NCBI GenBank assembly: GCA_963664405.1
Contig: OY761158.1
Coordinates: 4,256,001-4,320,000, forward strand
Direction: 5' to 3'
Source: Thermoanaerobaculia bacterium
GTDB taxonomy: Bacteria > Acidobacteriota > Thermoanaerobaculia > Multivoradales > Multivoraceae
DNA: 64,000 bases
Of this stretch, positions 50,001-59,243 are shown piece by piece. The translations under genes were made by a program, and so were the position numbers. The number at the start of each line of letters is the position of its first letter. Position 1 is the first letter of the stretch. The notes beneath the pieces were generated by a model. The model was not told the origin of the DNA and did no database searches. It was given only the letters and a program-made list of their open reading frames with translations.

Positions 50001-50506
50001 AGCAGCACATAGAGATTCTCAGGTCGGAGATCAGCCAGACTCAAGAGGACGCGATTCGCCTGCCTCTCGGCTTCGTCTCCGCGCATCGCCGTCGCTTGGC
50101 GATAGAGGGCATGTGCGATCTCCAGATCGTCCGGGTCGGCATCGTGCGCTGCGCTAAGAGTGGCGAGAGCCTCCTCCCTGGCGCCACCCCAGACAAAGAT
50201 CTCACCTTTGATCGCCAGTAGGTCGGCTCGACCGGGGGCGAGCTCGAGGGCGCGATCGATGGCCGCCTCGCCTTCGTCGAGCTGCTGTCGACGCAACAGG
50301 GCGATCGCCAGGTTCGCATGTCCCAAGGGTTCTTCGGGGAGGAGCTCGACCAGGCGGCGGTAGTGCTCCTCCGCTGCCGCCGGTCGCTCGTTCTCGAGCT
50401 CGGCAAGTCCGAGGTTGCGAAGCTCGAGGGCCTCGGGGGGAGGGACTGCTGCGGAGCTCGCAGCGAACGAGGCCACGAGCAGCATGGCAAGAATGGGCCG
50501 AAGCAT
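47096..50506 (-). CDS. Large exported TPR + FG-GAP/VCBS + ASPIC/UnbV (CRTAC1-like) protein
   Basis: N-terminal TPRs, many DLDxDGxxDL repeats, [28 protein letters not shown]. Confidence 0.88.
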   Translation of the reverse strand: MLRPILAMLLVASFAASSAAVPPPEALELRNLGLAELENERPAAAEEHYRRLVELLPEEPLGHANLAIALLRRQQLDEGEAAIDRALELAPGRADLLAIKGEIFVWGGAREEALATLSAAHDADPDDLEIAHALYRQATAMRGDEAERQANRVLLSLADLRPENLYVLLKLGQYAVANNDRALATRSFLRVRELVWRTPGLPQQQVALVLEALERNDLEAAGRPAFIVENVLKQEAMFQNSLRELTTGIQGVPVARFVDEPERRTFGAASAIRFRGSTLDPTAGSGRALVVADLDADSRPDIARISTGDRSVLELRLSRDQHAVSSTLSARAVTGLQAIDLDNDGAIDLVGYGERLEVWKGNSQGGFEEATEAFFAEGAEAHVLAAFDYDSEGDLDLAAASSATSGIELFRNALEGPLQPLGPGVLTSVGPTAIKKLSASDLDRDGDLDLYGVAEEGAFFLDNLRQGRFADRTTAAGLDQIGTAHDLLSVDLDNDGLPDLVSASTGLRFWRNRGHRFEPWEVRGDIPRTSVFNTLLDIDADNDGRMDIVAAGPEGLIVLTQPKEGIFLRTTLENPIQGEILGLGAGDLDLDGDIDLVVTGPGGLYRLENFGGNQNRWLEVSLVGLDKGNGKNNLLGLGAQLEIFAGDAYQYREVTSEVSHIGLGEIDCPDLLRVTWTNGVPQNRIRPCEEQRIVEEQVLKGSCPFLYTETGEGVRFVTDLLWGAPLGMPVAEGVWAGYDMTELVRVDGASERDGSYDLRITEELWEAAFFDLTRLWVVDHPAELEVASSLRIIPGESVEDRVLATARVRPLKAAWDGQGEDVTTLVRDRDEVYADGYGIGAYQGVARKPWTFTLDLGAAPAGSVRLLLDGWIFPADASLNLAIDQRQRKPILTRLEMKTEAGWKVLMPKMGHPAGKTKTMVIDTPPLPPNVHQLRIVTSRWLHWDRIAWSTAPRDEGAKVIARLDPTRADLHFRGFSSLTRTAPNAPHGFDYTRVSSQSPWLALEGNYTRYGDVRELLIDDDDRQVILAAGDELSLRFDTAELPPLATGWRRTVFLESHGWNKDADRNTWEADQMEPLPFRAMGSYPYPAGTTYPETPELRRYRQEWLTRKVESPTPGRPRSAVLESLAAPVNIGD

Positions 50507-50554
50507 GGCACGATCTTACCTCCGAGCAGTCCTCCAGGAGATCGACCCCGACTC

Positions 50555-51325
50555 ATGTTCGAACGCTTCTTCCAATTGCAGTCAAACGGCACCAGCGTCG
50601 GCCGCGAGGTCAGAGCGGGTATTAACCACCTTTCTGACCATGGCCTACATTCTCTTTGTCAATCCGCAGATTCTGGCCGATGCAGGAATGCCAGCCGAGG
50701 ATGTCGCGGTTGCGACAGCGCTGGCCGCGGCGGTCGGGACGGCGATCATGGGTCTGGTGGCCCGCTATCCCTTCGCGTTGGCGCCGGGAATGGGTTTGAA
50801 CTCCTACTTTGCTTACGGTGTGGTCGGTGGACTGGGGGTGAGTTGACAAGTAGCTCTTGGCGCTGTCTTCGTAGAGGGCGTTCTGTTCATGCTGCTCTCC
50901 CTCGGTGGCTTCCGGCGGAGGCTTCTCGCCGCGGTTCCGATGAGCTTGAAACAGGCGGCGATGGTCGGCATAGGCCTCTTTCTCGCCTTCATCGGCTTAC
51001 GCAACGGAGGCATCGTCGAGGCCGATCCTGCCACCATCGTCCGCCTCGGTGATCCGACCTCCGGAGAGTTGTGCTGACTCTGTGTGGTCTTCTGGCGGTG
51101 GCGGTTCTAGTCGCGCGTAGAGTTCCCGGTGCGATCTTGCTCGGCATGATCGGGGCTGCGTGCGTCGGTTGGGGAACCGGTCTTTCGCCCGCTCCGGCGG
51201 GTCTTCTTTCGCGTCCACAGCTACCTCAGACAACCTTCTTTGCCCTCGACTTTCAAGATCTGGCCAGCGGAGCTTTGGTTGTGGCTGTGCTCGCCTTTCT
51301 CTTCTGTCTCTATCTCAAACCCTAG
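50555..51325 (+). pseudogene. NCS2/AzgA-family purine permease pseudogene
   Basis: [29 protein letters not shown]; frameshift ~50624, TGA at 50844 in place of Trp, frameshift ~51070, 3' half lost next to element A5. Confidence 0.88.
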
Positions 51326-51340
51326 ACCCGCGTATCCGAA

Positions 51341-51507
51341 CTAGACCAGCGTTTCCAAAGTCGCGCTACAATAGCTCGCGGTCATTCTGTTCGCTGGCAA
51401 GGCGCGCCGACGTAGGCATATTGGGGAATATGTCGAGGAGGCGCAACGCCGCCAGCGGGGCAGAACGGGCCGAGATATGTAGCGCTACTTTGGAAACGCT
51501 GGTCTAG
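51341..51507. repeat. Family A element, copy A5 (inverted relative to A1-A3)
   Basis: IRs CTAGACCAGCGTTTCCAAAGT / ACTTTGGAAACGCTGGTCTAG; right CTAG is the TAG stop of the minus-strand DUF983 gene. Confidence 0.92.
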
Positions 51508-51875
51508 CCTTCGCCGTCATTGCAGCTGGCCCTGACGCCGTCGGGCCAGGTATCGAGGGCGATCGCAAGGCCTTGGCGGTTGGGCGTCGTTGCGATGAGA
51601 GGGACGACAAGGGCGATGAAGGCCAGGATACGGGCAGCCTTGCCCGCCGGTGCGAAGCCGAAGAAGAGGATGACGATGGGAATCACGACGAAGACCCGAT
51701 CGAGCACCACCCAGAACCCCCAGGTGTCGCCGCCACTTTCTTCGAAGCGAAGATCGCACTCCGGGCATGCCTCCTTCGCGTTCATCCAGCGCTCGAAGAT
51801 GACGCTGCCGCCACAGCGCGGGCAGCGCCGGAGCAGGCCTCTCCACATTGCTACTCGTGGGCTCGGAGGCGTCAC
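51504..51875 (-). CDS. DUF983-family membrane protein
   Basis: RGLLRRCPRCG..IF...CPECDLRFE followed by two hydrophobic segments; GTGA overlap with the selB stop. Confidence 0.75.
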   Translation of the reverse strand: MTPPSPRVAMWRGLLRRCPRCGGSVIFERWMNAKEACPECDLRFEESGGDTWGFWVVLDRVFVVIPIVILFFGFAPAGKAARILAFIALVVPLIATTPNRQGLAIALDTWPDGVRASCNDGEG

Positions 51876-53809
51876 TTTCGGATCACTTCGCGAGCGTCTC
51901 CGTCTCGTCGCGTTTGCCCTGTCTGGTCGAGATGCTCGAGAAGCGGGATCGCCCACTTCCGAGTGAGTCCGAAGCGGTCCTTGAACTCACCTACGGTGAA
52001 GCGGGTCCAATCGCTGTTGGCGAGATCACCGCCGAGGCGGTCCAGCTGGCTCTGCGCCAGAAAGAGTCCCTGCGGAAGGCGAGCGATGCGTTTGCGCTGG
52101 TGGAGGTAGCGAAGCACGCCGTCGAAGATGCTCTTCTTTGCCCCCAGGGCGGCGCAGATCTCTGGGGGCGAGGGCGGTGTCAATCCTCCCTCGTCCAGCC
52201 GCTGCAGAATGCGCTCGGCGAGCTGCGACTCTTCAGTGGTCAGCTCCTCACCACGGCCGGGTAGGTTGACCATGTCTTGGTGAATCGTGAGCACACCATG
52301 GCTCTGCAACCAGTCGAGATAGACCTCGGCGAGGGGGAGGGCCGCCGGCGGGAGGATGCGTCGTACCGCCTCTGCCTTGGGCATTCCGCTGGCCAGCCGT
52401 TCTTTCTTGAAGTAGCTGTGTAGAACGCTCTTGGCGCGGCGGGAGACCTTGGAATAGGCCGCGGCCGAGATCCACATCGGCTCCCTGCCTCGTGGCGGCG
52501 TATGGAGCAGGCTTCCTTCACCGTGCGCAGCGGCGAGAGTGTCAGCAACATCCGCCTCGGGGGTGCCGAGGCGGCGCGCCAGCGTGGCGGCGGCGACTCC
52601 CGCCTCTCCCGCTGCCCTGACCCAGAAGAGGATGGCTTCGTCGGAGCCCTTCTGGAGTGACTCGAGGGCGGCACTGAGCTTCGGCCCGCGATACCGCGCC
52701 CATTCGGGGTCGAGGATCGTTCCGCCGCCAAGCGTGGTTTGCGGAGAGGGCCTACGCACCACGAAGCGGTCGCCGCGAGCTGCCACCACCGGCGCCAGCA
52801 GACGAATCTCGACCGCGGCTGAAGCTCCTGGGACCAGCTCGGTTGGCGCCAGCGGTCGGAGCTTGCCGAGCACTTCGCCGGAGTAGAGGTGGAAGCGCAC
52901 TTCACGAAAGCCCTTGATGGTCTGAGGGGCGTCGTCGAGAAGGCGCATGTGGGCGAGCAAACTGGTGGTGGTGCAGTATGAGGAAGATGTGACCAGCTGC
53001 GCCCCTCGATCCACTTGCTCCAGAGACGCTCCCGATAGCTGGAGGGCGGTGCGCTCGCCGGCTTCCGCTTGATCGCGGTCGACGCCGTGCACCTGCACGC
53101 TGCGGACCCGAACCTGACCGCCCGAAGGGAGAAGCTCTAGGTGGCTCTGCGGCCGGATTCGGCCGGCTACCAGAGTGCCCGTGACCAGCACCCCGAGGCC
53201 GCGGAGATGGAAAGCTCTGTCGATCGGCAGTCGCGAAGGTCTGAGGCCTCGGTCGAGCGGGCGCTCCACCTCCCTGGCGAGTTGCAGGAGAGTCTCTTTC
53301 AGCTCCGAGACGCCGTCGCCACGGGTGCTCGATACACGCACAATGGGGACGCCTTCGAAGCTCGAGCCCTCCAGGGCCTCGGTGAGCTCGAGTGTCGCGA
53401 GATCGAGGAGATCGGGGTCGACGAGATCGATCTTGGTGAGGGCTACCAGGCCTGCCGGGATCTCGAGCAGACTGCAGATGGCGAGATGCTCTCGGGTCTG
53501 GGGCATGATGCCCTCGTCCGCGGCCACTACCAGCACCATCAGATCGATACCCCCGAGGCCGGCGAGGGCGTTGTGGACGAAGCGTTCGTGCCCGGGAACG
53601 TCGACGAAGCCGAGCTGGAGGTCGTCGTCTTCGAGATGGGCAAAACCGAGGTCGATGGTAATGCCTCGATTCTTCTCCTCCTCCCAGCGGTCGCAGTCGA
53701 TGCCGGTGAGGGCCTTCACCAGGGCCGTCTTGCCGTGATCGATATGACCGGCGGTACCGACTACGACGCGTCGGCGGGGAACGGGTGGGTCGGACTGTGG
53801 ATCAGCCAC
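51872..53809 (-). CDS. selB: Selenocysteine-specific elongation factor SelB
   Basis: GTAGHIDHGKT, RGITIDLGFA, DVPGHERF, C-terminal winged-helix FKDRFGLTRKWAIPLLEHLD. Confidence 0.95.
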   Translation of the reverse strand: MADPQSDPPVPRRRVVVGTAGHIDHGKTALVKALTGIDCDRWEEEKNRGITIDLGFAHLEDDDLQLGFVDVPGHERFVHNALAGLGGIDLMVLVVAADEGIMPQTREHLAICSLLEIPAGLVALTKIDLVDPDLLDLATLELTEALEGSSFEGVPIVRVSSTRGDGVSELKETLLQLAREVERPLDRGLRPSRLPIDRAFHLRGLGVLVTGTLVAGRIRPQSHLELLPSGGQVRVRSVQVHGVDRDQAEAGERTALQLSGASLEQVDRGAQLVTSSSYCTTTSLLAHMRLLDDAPQTIKGFREVRFHLYSGEVLGKLRPLAPTELVPGASAAVEIRLLAPVVAARGDRFVVRRPSPQTTLGGGTILDPEWARYRGPKLSAALESLQKGSDEAILFWVRAAGEAGVAAATLARRLGTPEADVADTLAAAHGEGSLLHTPPRGREPMWISAAAYSKVSRRAKSVLHSYFKKERLASGMPKAEAVRRILPPAALPLAEVYLDWLQSHGVLTIHQDMVNLPGRGEELTTEESQLAERILQRLDEGGLTPPSPPEICAALGAKKSIFDGVLRYLHQRKRIARLPQGLFLAQSQLDRLGGDLANSDWTRFTVGEFKDRFGLTRKWAIPLLEHLDQTGQTRRDGDAREVIRK

Positions 53810-54260
53810 TCTTGGGGCTGAGGATCTCGCGCGCCAGGCGATTGATAGTGGCGCCATCGGCGGAGCCCGCGAGCCGAGCCATCATTTCTTTCATGATCAC
53901 CCCGATGGCTCCCGGTCCCTCGAGATTCTTTTCGTCGACCAGTGCCTGGATGCCCTTTCGAATCTCGTCCTCGTCGGCAGCGGGCGGCAGGTAGCCCTCG
54001 AGGATCGCGATCTCGGCGAGCTCTTTGTCGACCAGCTCTGGGCGAGAGCCGTCGCGATACATCTGTGCGGCTTCGCGCCTCTGCTTGATGGCTTTCTGGA
54101 CCAGCGACAGGAGCTCCGTCTGCCCCACCTCGCGCCCCAGCTCGAGGCTCTTGTTCTTGACTTCAGACAGAAGCAGGCGGTTTGTGCGTAGCCGGTCTTT
54201 GTCGCCGCTACGTAGAGCATCCTTGATCTCTGTGTGCAGAATTTCCTGGGGCGACGCCAT
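53802..54260 (-). CDS. GatB/YqeY domain protein
   Basis: IKDALRSGDK, KQRREAA.MY, E.AILEGYLP, GVIMK. Confidence 0.9.
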   Translation of the reverse strand: MASPQEILHTEIKDALRSGDKDRLRTNRLLLSEVKNKSLELGREVGQTELLSLVQKAIKQRREAAQMYRDGSRPELVDKELAEIAILEGYLPPAADEDEIRKGIQALVDEKNLEGPGAIGVIMKEMMARLAGSADGATINRLAREILSPKSG

Positions 54261-54379
54261 CGTCCTCGCATTATACGGCCGGCGCCGCAGCGCTTCACCC
54301 GATTACCCCTGCACCTCTTTCGTGCCCTCATCCCGCGCTGCTACCCTAAGGTGCGCCGAACAGCATCTGGGGGACTGAC

Positions 54380-54971
54380 GTGCAGAAGCGAGCCACTACT
54401 TCGTATCCCGTCCACGAGCTCATTGGCTCGCGCTGGAGCCCGCGTGCCTTCTCGAATCGAGAAGTCGAGGACGAAATATTGGGAAGCCTCTTTGAGGCCG
54501 CCCGCTGGGCACCCTCCTGCTTCAACGAGCAACCCTGGTCATTCCTTGCTGCGACTTCCGCCCAGGGGCAACCATCGAGCCGTTGGCGTCTTGTCTGATG
54601 GAAGGAAATGTGTGGGCGAAGGCCGCGCTTGTCCTGGTGCTCTCGGTTGCAAAGCTCACCTTCGCGCATAACGGGAAACCCAATCGGCACGCGCTTCACG
54701 ACGTGGGGCTCGCGGTCGAGAACCTCGTGCTCCAGGGCACCGCCCTGGGGCTCTTCGTCCACCAGATGGCTGGCTTCGACCAAGAGCGCGCGCGTGACGC
54801 CATGGGAATACCCGAAGGTCATGACCCCGTAGCGATGCTTGCATCGGCTATCCAGGGGATTCCAAGGAGCTGTCCGACAAGTTCCGGGAGCGTGAGCTTG
54901 CGCCGAGGCAGCGAAAGGAGCTCAGCTCATTCGTCTTCGGCGCTGGATGGGATTCGAGCTTTCTATCGTGA
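54380..54971 (+). pseudogene. Nitroreductase with two frameshifts (~54570, ~54842)
   Basis: [22 protein letters not shown]; HDVGLA, HQMAGFD; third frame IGYPGD...ERELAPRQRKEL. Confidence 0.85.
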
Positions 54972-54990
54972 GCTCCGAGAACCGCCGGTC

Positions 54991-56346
54991 TTATCGATCT
55001 ACGGTGATGCCGTAAGCTTTCATCTTGCGGTACAGGTGGCTGCGCTCGATACCGAGACTCGCGGCGGCCCTCGACACGTTGCCACCCTGTTCGCGGAGCT
55101 TTCGTCGGATGTAGGCGGTCTCGAAGTGTTCGCGGGCCGCCTTGAGCGGTCCTAGCTCACCGTCCATGACAGCGGCCGGCTCGTTGCTCTGACTCAGGCC
55201 GGGGGGAAGGTCAGCGGCTTGAATGACGTCCCCTTCGACCATGATCATCATGCGCTCCACAACGTTTCGTAGCTCGCGCACGTTGCCGGGCCAGGCGTAG
55301 CTCTCGAGCGTCTTTTTGGCCTCTGCCGACATCGTCTTGGGCCTGCGCCCCAGCTCGCGGGCGAACTGGTCGACGAAATGCGCCGTTATGAGCCCGATAT
55401 CTTCTCGGCGTTGGCGCAGAGCCGGGACATGGATCGGAATCACTGCCAACCGGAAGTAGAGATCCTCTCGGAAGCGGTTTTCTCGGATCTCTTCCTCGAG
55501 GTTCTTGTTGGTGGCGGCCAGAACACGAACATCGACCTCGATTAGGTCGGTGCCGCCGACGCGTTGGAAACGCTGCTCTTCGAGAGCGCGAAGCACCTTC
55601 GCTTGGGTCAGCATCGACATGTCGCCGATCTCATCGAGAAACAGGGTGCCCCCGTCGGCTTGCTCGAAACGCCCGCGGCGCTCGGAGCTGGCGCCGGTAA
55701 ACGACCCCTTCATGTGTCCGAAGAGCTCGCTCTCGATGAGCTCCTCCGGTATGGCAGCGCAGTTGACCTCGATGAAGGCCTTGTTGCGGCGTTGCGAAAA
55801 GCTGTGGATCTGTCGCGCCACCAGCTCCTTACCGGTGCCGTTCTCACCGTGTATCAGTATGCGACTGTCAGCACTTGCCGCCATCCGAAGCTCTTCTTTG
55901 AGGCCTCTCATCACTTCGCTCTCACCGACCATCATCTCGCCGTGATCGAGTCTCTCGGCCAGATGGCGAAGCTCTCGAGCGAGGCGGGATCGCTCGAGTG
56001 CGTTTTGAACTGTCACCAGCACTCGTGACAGGGCAAGCGGCTTCTCCAAGAAGTCATAGGCGCCGAGGTGTAGCGCCTTTACCGCGGTATCGATATTGGC
56101 GTGGCCGGAGATGATGAGAACCGGTATCTCGGGGTTGTCTCGGCGCAGATCGGCAAGAAGATCGAGGCCGTCACCGTCGGGCAGCCAGAGATCGACAATG
56201 GCCAGGTCAAAGAGGCCCTTCTCGAGAGTCGCCCGAGCCTCCTCGATACTGCCGGCTGTAGTCGTTCGGTAGCCTTCGTCGCCGAGGATCTCGCTCAGAG
56301 TCGAGCGGATCCCCGCTTCGTCGTCGACGATGAGTAGGTGCTCCAC
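54991..56346 (-). CDS. ntrX: Sigma54-dependent response regulator, NtrX-like
   Basis: Receiver domain DLWLP, GENGTGKE, ELFGHMKGSFTGA, FLDEIGD, WPGNVREL, Fis-type HTH. Confidence 0.9.
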   Translation of the reverse strand: MEHLLIVDDEAGIRSTLSEILGDEGYRTTTAGSIEEARATLEKGLFDLAIVDLWLPDGDGLDLLADLRRDNPEIPVLIISGHANIDTAVKALHLGAYDFLEKPLALSRVLVTVQNALERSRLARELRHLAERLDHGEMMVGESEVMRGLKEELRMAASADSRILIHGENGTGKELVARQIHSFSQRRNKAFIEVNCAAIPEELIESELFGHMKGSFTGASSERRGRFEQADGGTLFLDEIGDMSMLTQAKVLRALEEQRFQRVGGTDLIEVDVRVLAATNKNLEEEIRENRFREDLYFRLAVIPIHVPALRQRREDIGLITAHFVDQFARELGRRPKTMSAEAKKTLESYAWPGNVRELRNVVERMMIMVEGDVIQAADLPPGLSQSNEPAAVMDGELGPLKAAREHFETAYIRRKLREQGGNVSRAAASLGIERSHLYRKMKAYGITVDR

Positions 56347-56351
56347 TTCCC

Positions 56352-58619
56352 CTACTCCTGAGGCAGCTCGATCGTAAAGACAGTACCGTTGGGCTCGTTG
56401 TCTTCGACGCGGATGGTGCCGTTGTGGTCTCGGATCACCCGATGGACGATTGCCAGACCCAGGCCTGTGCCGCGTCCCTTGGTGGAGTAGTAGGGCAGGA
56501 AAAGCTTCTCTTTGGCATCAGCCGGAATTCCTGGCCCAGTGTCTGCGACTTGCAGCAGTACTGATCCGTTGTCCCGTTCGGCGTTTACCGTGACCGAGCC
56601 GGTCGACGGAGTCGCGTCGACAGCGTTGTCGAGAAGATTGATCAGAACACCTCGGATCTGCTCTTTGTCGAAACTCGCCTCGCGCACTTCCGGGGCGACA
56701 GAGTAGCCGAGGTCGAGGCCCGGTTTGATATCTCGATACAACTTCAGGGTCTCCTCGAATAGCTCCGCGAGATCGACCTCGGTCGGCTCGGGCCTCGGCA
56801 TCCGGGCAAAGCGGGAGAACTCGTCGACCATCTGCTTCATCGTCCCGACTTCACGCACGATCGTCTCCACACCGTCCTCCAGCGCCTTGCCGAACTCGCC
56901 GTCCTTTTCGCGATACTTCTTTCGCATTCGCTCCGCTGAAAGGCGAATGGGAGTCAGGGGGTTTTTGATCTCGTGCGCGATTCTGCGTGCTGCTTCGTTC
57001 CATGTGGCCAGTTTCTGCGCTTGGATGAGCTCGGTGAGATCTTCGAGAACGATGACGTGTCCTGTTACTTCTCCCGAAGAGTCCTTCAGCGGCGTGAAGC
57101 CGGCCTCGAAGGTCTTCCAAGTTCCGCCAAGGCGCAACTGAACCTCATGATGTGTCTTCCCCTTAGGGTCGCGATAAAGCGCCAGGAGCTTGCCGCGCTC
57201 GCTGTCCTTCCACACTCCTTCGAGCTCTCTGCCCAGCACTTCGTCTTCGCTTTGACGAAGCATATTCAGTGCCGTGTCGTTGCAGGTCGACACCCTGCCG
57301 CCGGCGTCGACAGAGAGCACGCCCGCGGCAACATTCTTGAGCACGGCGGAGATCAGGCTACGCTCCTCGTCGAGTCTCTCGTTGCTCATCACGAGCTCGT
57401 CGTTCTTTGCCTCGAGGAGCTCGTGACCGTGGCTGATCTGGCTGGTCATCCGATTGAAGGATTCCACCAGAACACCGAGCTCGTCGTCGGCGGCGACATC
57501 GACATAGTGATCAAGATCTCCTTCGGCCACGCGTCGGGTTCCCTCCGCCAAGGCCTGAATGGGAATGGTTACTCTGCGGGCGAGGTAGAGGCCGACCCAG
57601 GAAGAGATCAGCAGAATGACGAGGGTGACCATGAGAATGAGGAGCATATAGCTGGCCTTGAGATCGGGCTTCTGCACTTCGAGTTGGCGGTAGTCCTGGT
57701 AGGCCTGGACCAGGGCCTCGCTCGAGCCGGCAAGCTCGGCGTCGAGGATGGTGCCGGCTACGACGACGCTCGCGGGTGAGCCCTCCTGGCGAATGGAGCT
57801 TGCTGCCAAGAGGAAGTGTTGTTCCTGATCTCGTGGCGCCAGAACTCGAAACGCCTTGCCGTCGCGAACCGCATTCAAGAGGAAGGCGGAGCCGGGCTCG
57901 GGAGGTCTGACGGAGCCGGCACGGGGGTCGAGAGCGGCATGGATGAACTCTGTCTCGCGATAAACGAGAACGATGTCGAGAGACTCCTCCAGCAACCCTT
58001 GTTTGAGGATGTCTCCGAGGTGAGATCGCTGGTCGGGTGCCTGAAGATCGATGTTCTCGATCTTCTTGACCAGCAGGTCGGCGGCGCGCTGGTTGGAGGT
58101 CTGGATTCGCTCGGTGAGTGCCTGGGAGACCTTGTTGCCGTGGTCGAGGACCGCAACCACCGGGGTGCGGAAGAGGTTCTCGACCGACCCCTGGATGAGC
58201 TCGTTTGCGTAGGCGAAGAGTAGGAGCACCGGGAGCAGGGAGAGAGCGATGTAGGTCGCGACCAGCTTGGTCTTGAATTTGGAACCGAGAGTGCGTCGCT
58301 GCCGCTCGACAAAGAGCTTGAGAAGGTTGCGCAGCAGCACGAACAGGACTGCGAGTACCAGGACGACGTTGATGTACCGCAGCACGAAGAGGAGCAGACC
58401 GTTGGTGACGAGATTGGGCGGTAGCTCCTGGCTGCGCAAGATGAAGTAATACGCGAGGGTGAAGAAGAGCAGCGCACCGGCGAGAACGCCGAAAATCGAG
58501 CGGTTGTCGCGACTGCGTTGTCGCAGCCTCTCGACCAGGCCGACGCTCCCCGCCCGGACCTCGTCCAGACGGATCGACGGCGGAGTCCTTGAGGCGGTGA
58601 CTTTCTTTTCCGTCGACAT
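56352..58619 (-). CDS. ntrY: Sensor histidine kinase, NtrY-like (HAMP-PAS-HisKA)
   Basis: ATWNEAARRIAHEIKNPLTPIRLSAER, NLLDNA, GTGLGL. Confidence 0.92.
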   Translation of the reverse strand: MSTEKKVTASRTPPSIRLDEVRAGSVGLVERLRQRSRDNRSIFGVLAGALLFFTLAYYFILRSQELPPNLVTNGLLLFVLRYINVVLVLAVLFVLLRNLLKLFVERQRRTLGSKFKTKLVATYIALSLLPVLLLFAYANELIQGSVENLFRTPVVAVLDHGNKVSQALTERIQTSNQRAADLLVKKIENIDLQAPDQRSHLGDILKQGLLEESLDIVLVYRETEFIHAALDPRAGSVRPPEPGSAFLLNAVRDGKAFRVLAPRDQEQHFLLAASSIRQEGSPASVVVAGTILDAELAGSSEALVQAYQDYRQLEVQKPDLKASYMLLILMVTLVILLISSWVGLYLARRVTIPIQALAEGTRRVAEGDLDHYVDVAADDELGVLVESFNRMTSQISHGHELLEAKNDELVMSNERLDEERSLISAVLKNVAAGVLSVDAGGRVSTCNDTALNMLRQSEDEVLGRELEGVWKDSERGKLLALYRDPKGKTHHEVQLRLGGTWKTFEAGFTPLKDSSGEVTGHVIVLEDLTELIQAQKLATWNEAARRIAHEIKNPLTPIRLSAERMRKKYREKDGEFGKALEDGVETIVREVGTMKQMVDEFSRFARMPRPEPTEVDLAELFEETLKLYRDIKPGLDLGYSVAPEVREASFDKEQIRGVLINLLDNAVDATPSTGSVTVNAERDNGSVLLQVADTGPGIPADAKEKLFLPYYSTKGRGTGLGLAIVHRVIRDHNGTIRVEDNEPNGTVFTIELPQE

Positions 58620-58639
58620 TGGACTGGCTTGCGGCCTCG

Positions 58640-59185
58640 CTAAGGACTTACGCTCTCTACGTCACGCATACGCATGCGTGCCCAGTTGGTGGTGATGCGG
58701 TTGGGAAAGAGAAGAAGGAAGTGCTTGGATCCCAACTCGCCTCGGACCATGAGCTGAGTACGGGGATGGATCTCTTCTTCCAGCTCGAAGGCTGGCAGCT
58801 GGCGAACCGTGGTCATCGTTCTTTCCAGCTCGTCGAGGCCGGTGACCACTCGGGAGTCGATGAGGCCGCCATCGAGTTTGGTGTTCACCAGGTATTCGCG
58901 CGTTACAGCGTTATACAGGGCGACGATCTGGAGGGTGGTGCGGTCGAAGATCTTGTCGAACCACCACAGCCGAGGACGCTGAATCTGAAGGGTGTACTCG
59001 AGCTCAGTGGGAAGGCCGGACTCGAGTCTCTCCCGCATCTCTTCGTCAAAGGCGTTCTGCAGCTCGAAGCTGAGGAGTATTCGCCTGCCGTCCTGCTGAG
59101 CTCTGAGGCTCTCTATGCGCGCCGGATCACCTCCGGCTGCAAGCAGCAGAAAGGCCGCGAGCGCAACTGTCGTGAATCTCACCAC
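58640..59185 (-). CDS. DUF4390-family exported protein
   Basis: Signal peptide, LESGLP, WWFDK, YNAVTREY; position upstream of ntrY. Confidence 0.75.
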   Translation of the reverse strand: MVRFTTVALAAFLLLAAGGDPARIESLRAQQDGRRILLSFELQNAFDEEMRERLESGLPTELEYTLQIQRPRLWWFDKIFDRTTLQIVALYNAVTREYLVNTKLDGGLIDSRVVTGLDELERTMTTVRQLPAFELEEEIHPRTQLMVRGELGSKHFLLLFPNRITTNWARMRMRDVESVSP

Positions 59186-59243
59186 TGAGATTGTAGCGCT
59201 CTAGGGCCCTGGCGCGCCCAAGGGGGCGAAAGGGTTCGGCAGT

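Noticed and set aside
47096-50506. Large TPR/FG-GAP/UnbV protein as a novel system
   Set aside because: A known architecture common in Acidobacteria and Planctomycetes, with no distinctive partner genes here
50506-50520. TGGCACGATCTTACC as a sigma54 promoter for the NCS2 gene
   Set aside because: It lacks the -12 GC and is better explained as the TAAGAT -10 of the divergent gene
50844-50846. In-frame TGA as selenocysteine, given nearby selB
   Set aside because: It replaces the Trp of GVSWQVALG in a permease that also has frameshifts and a truncation
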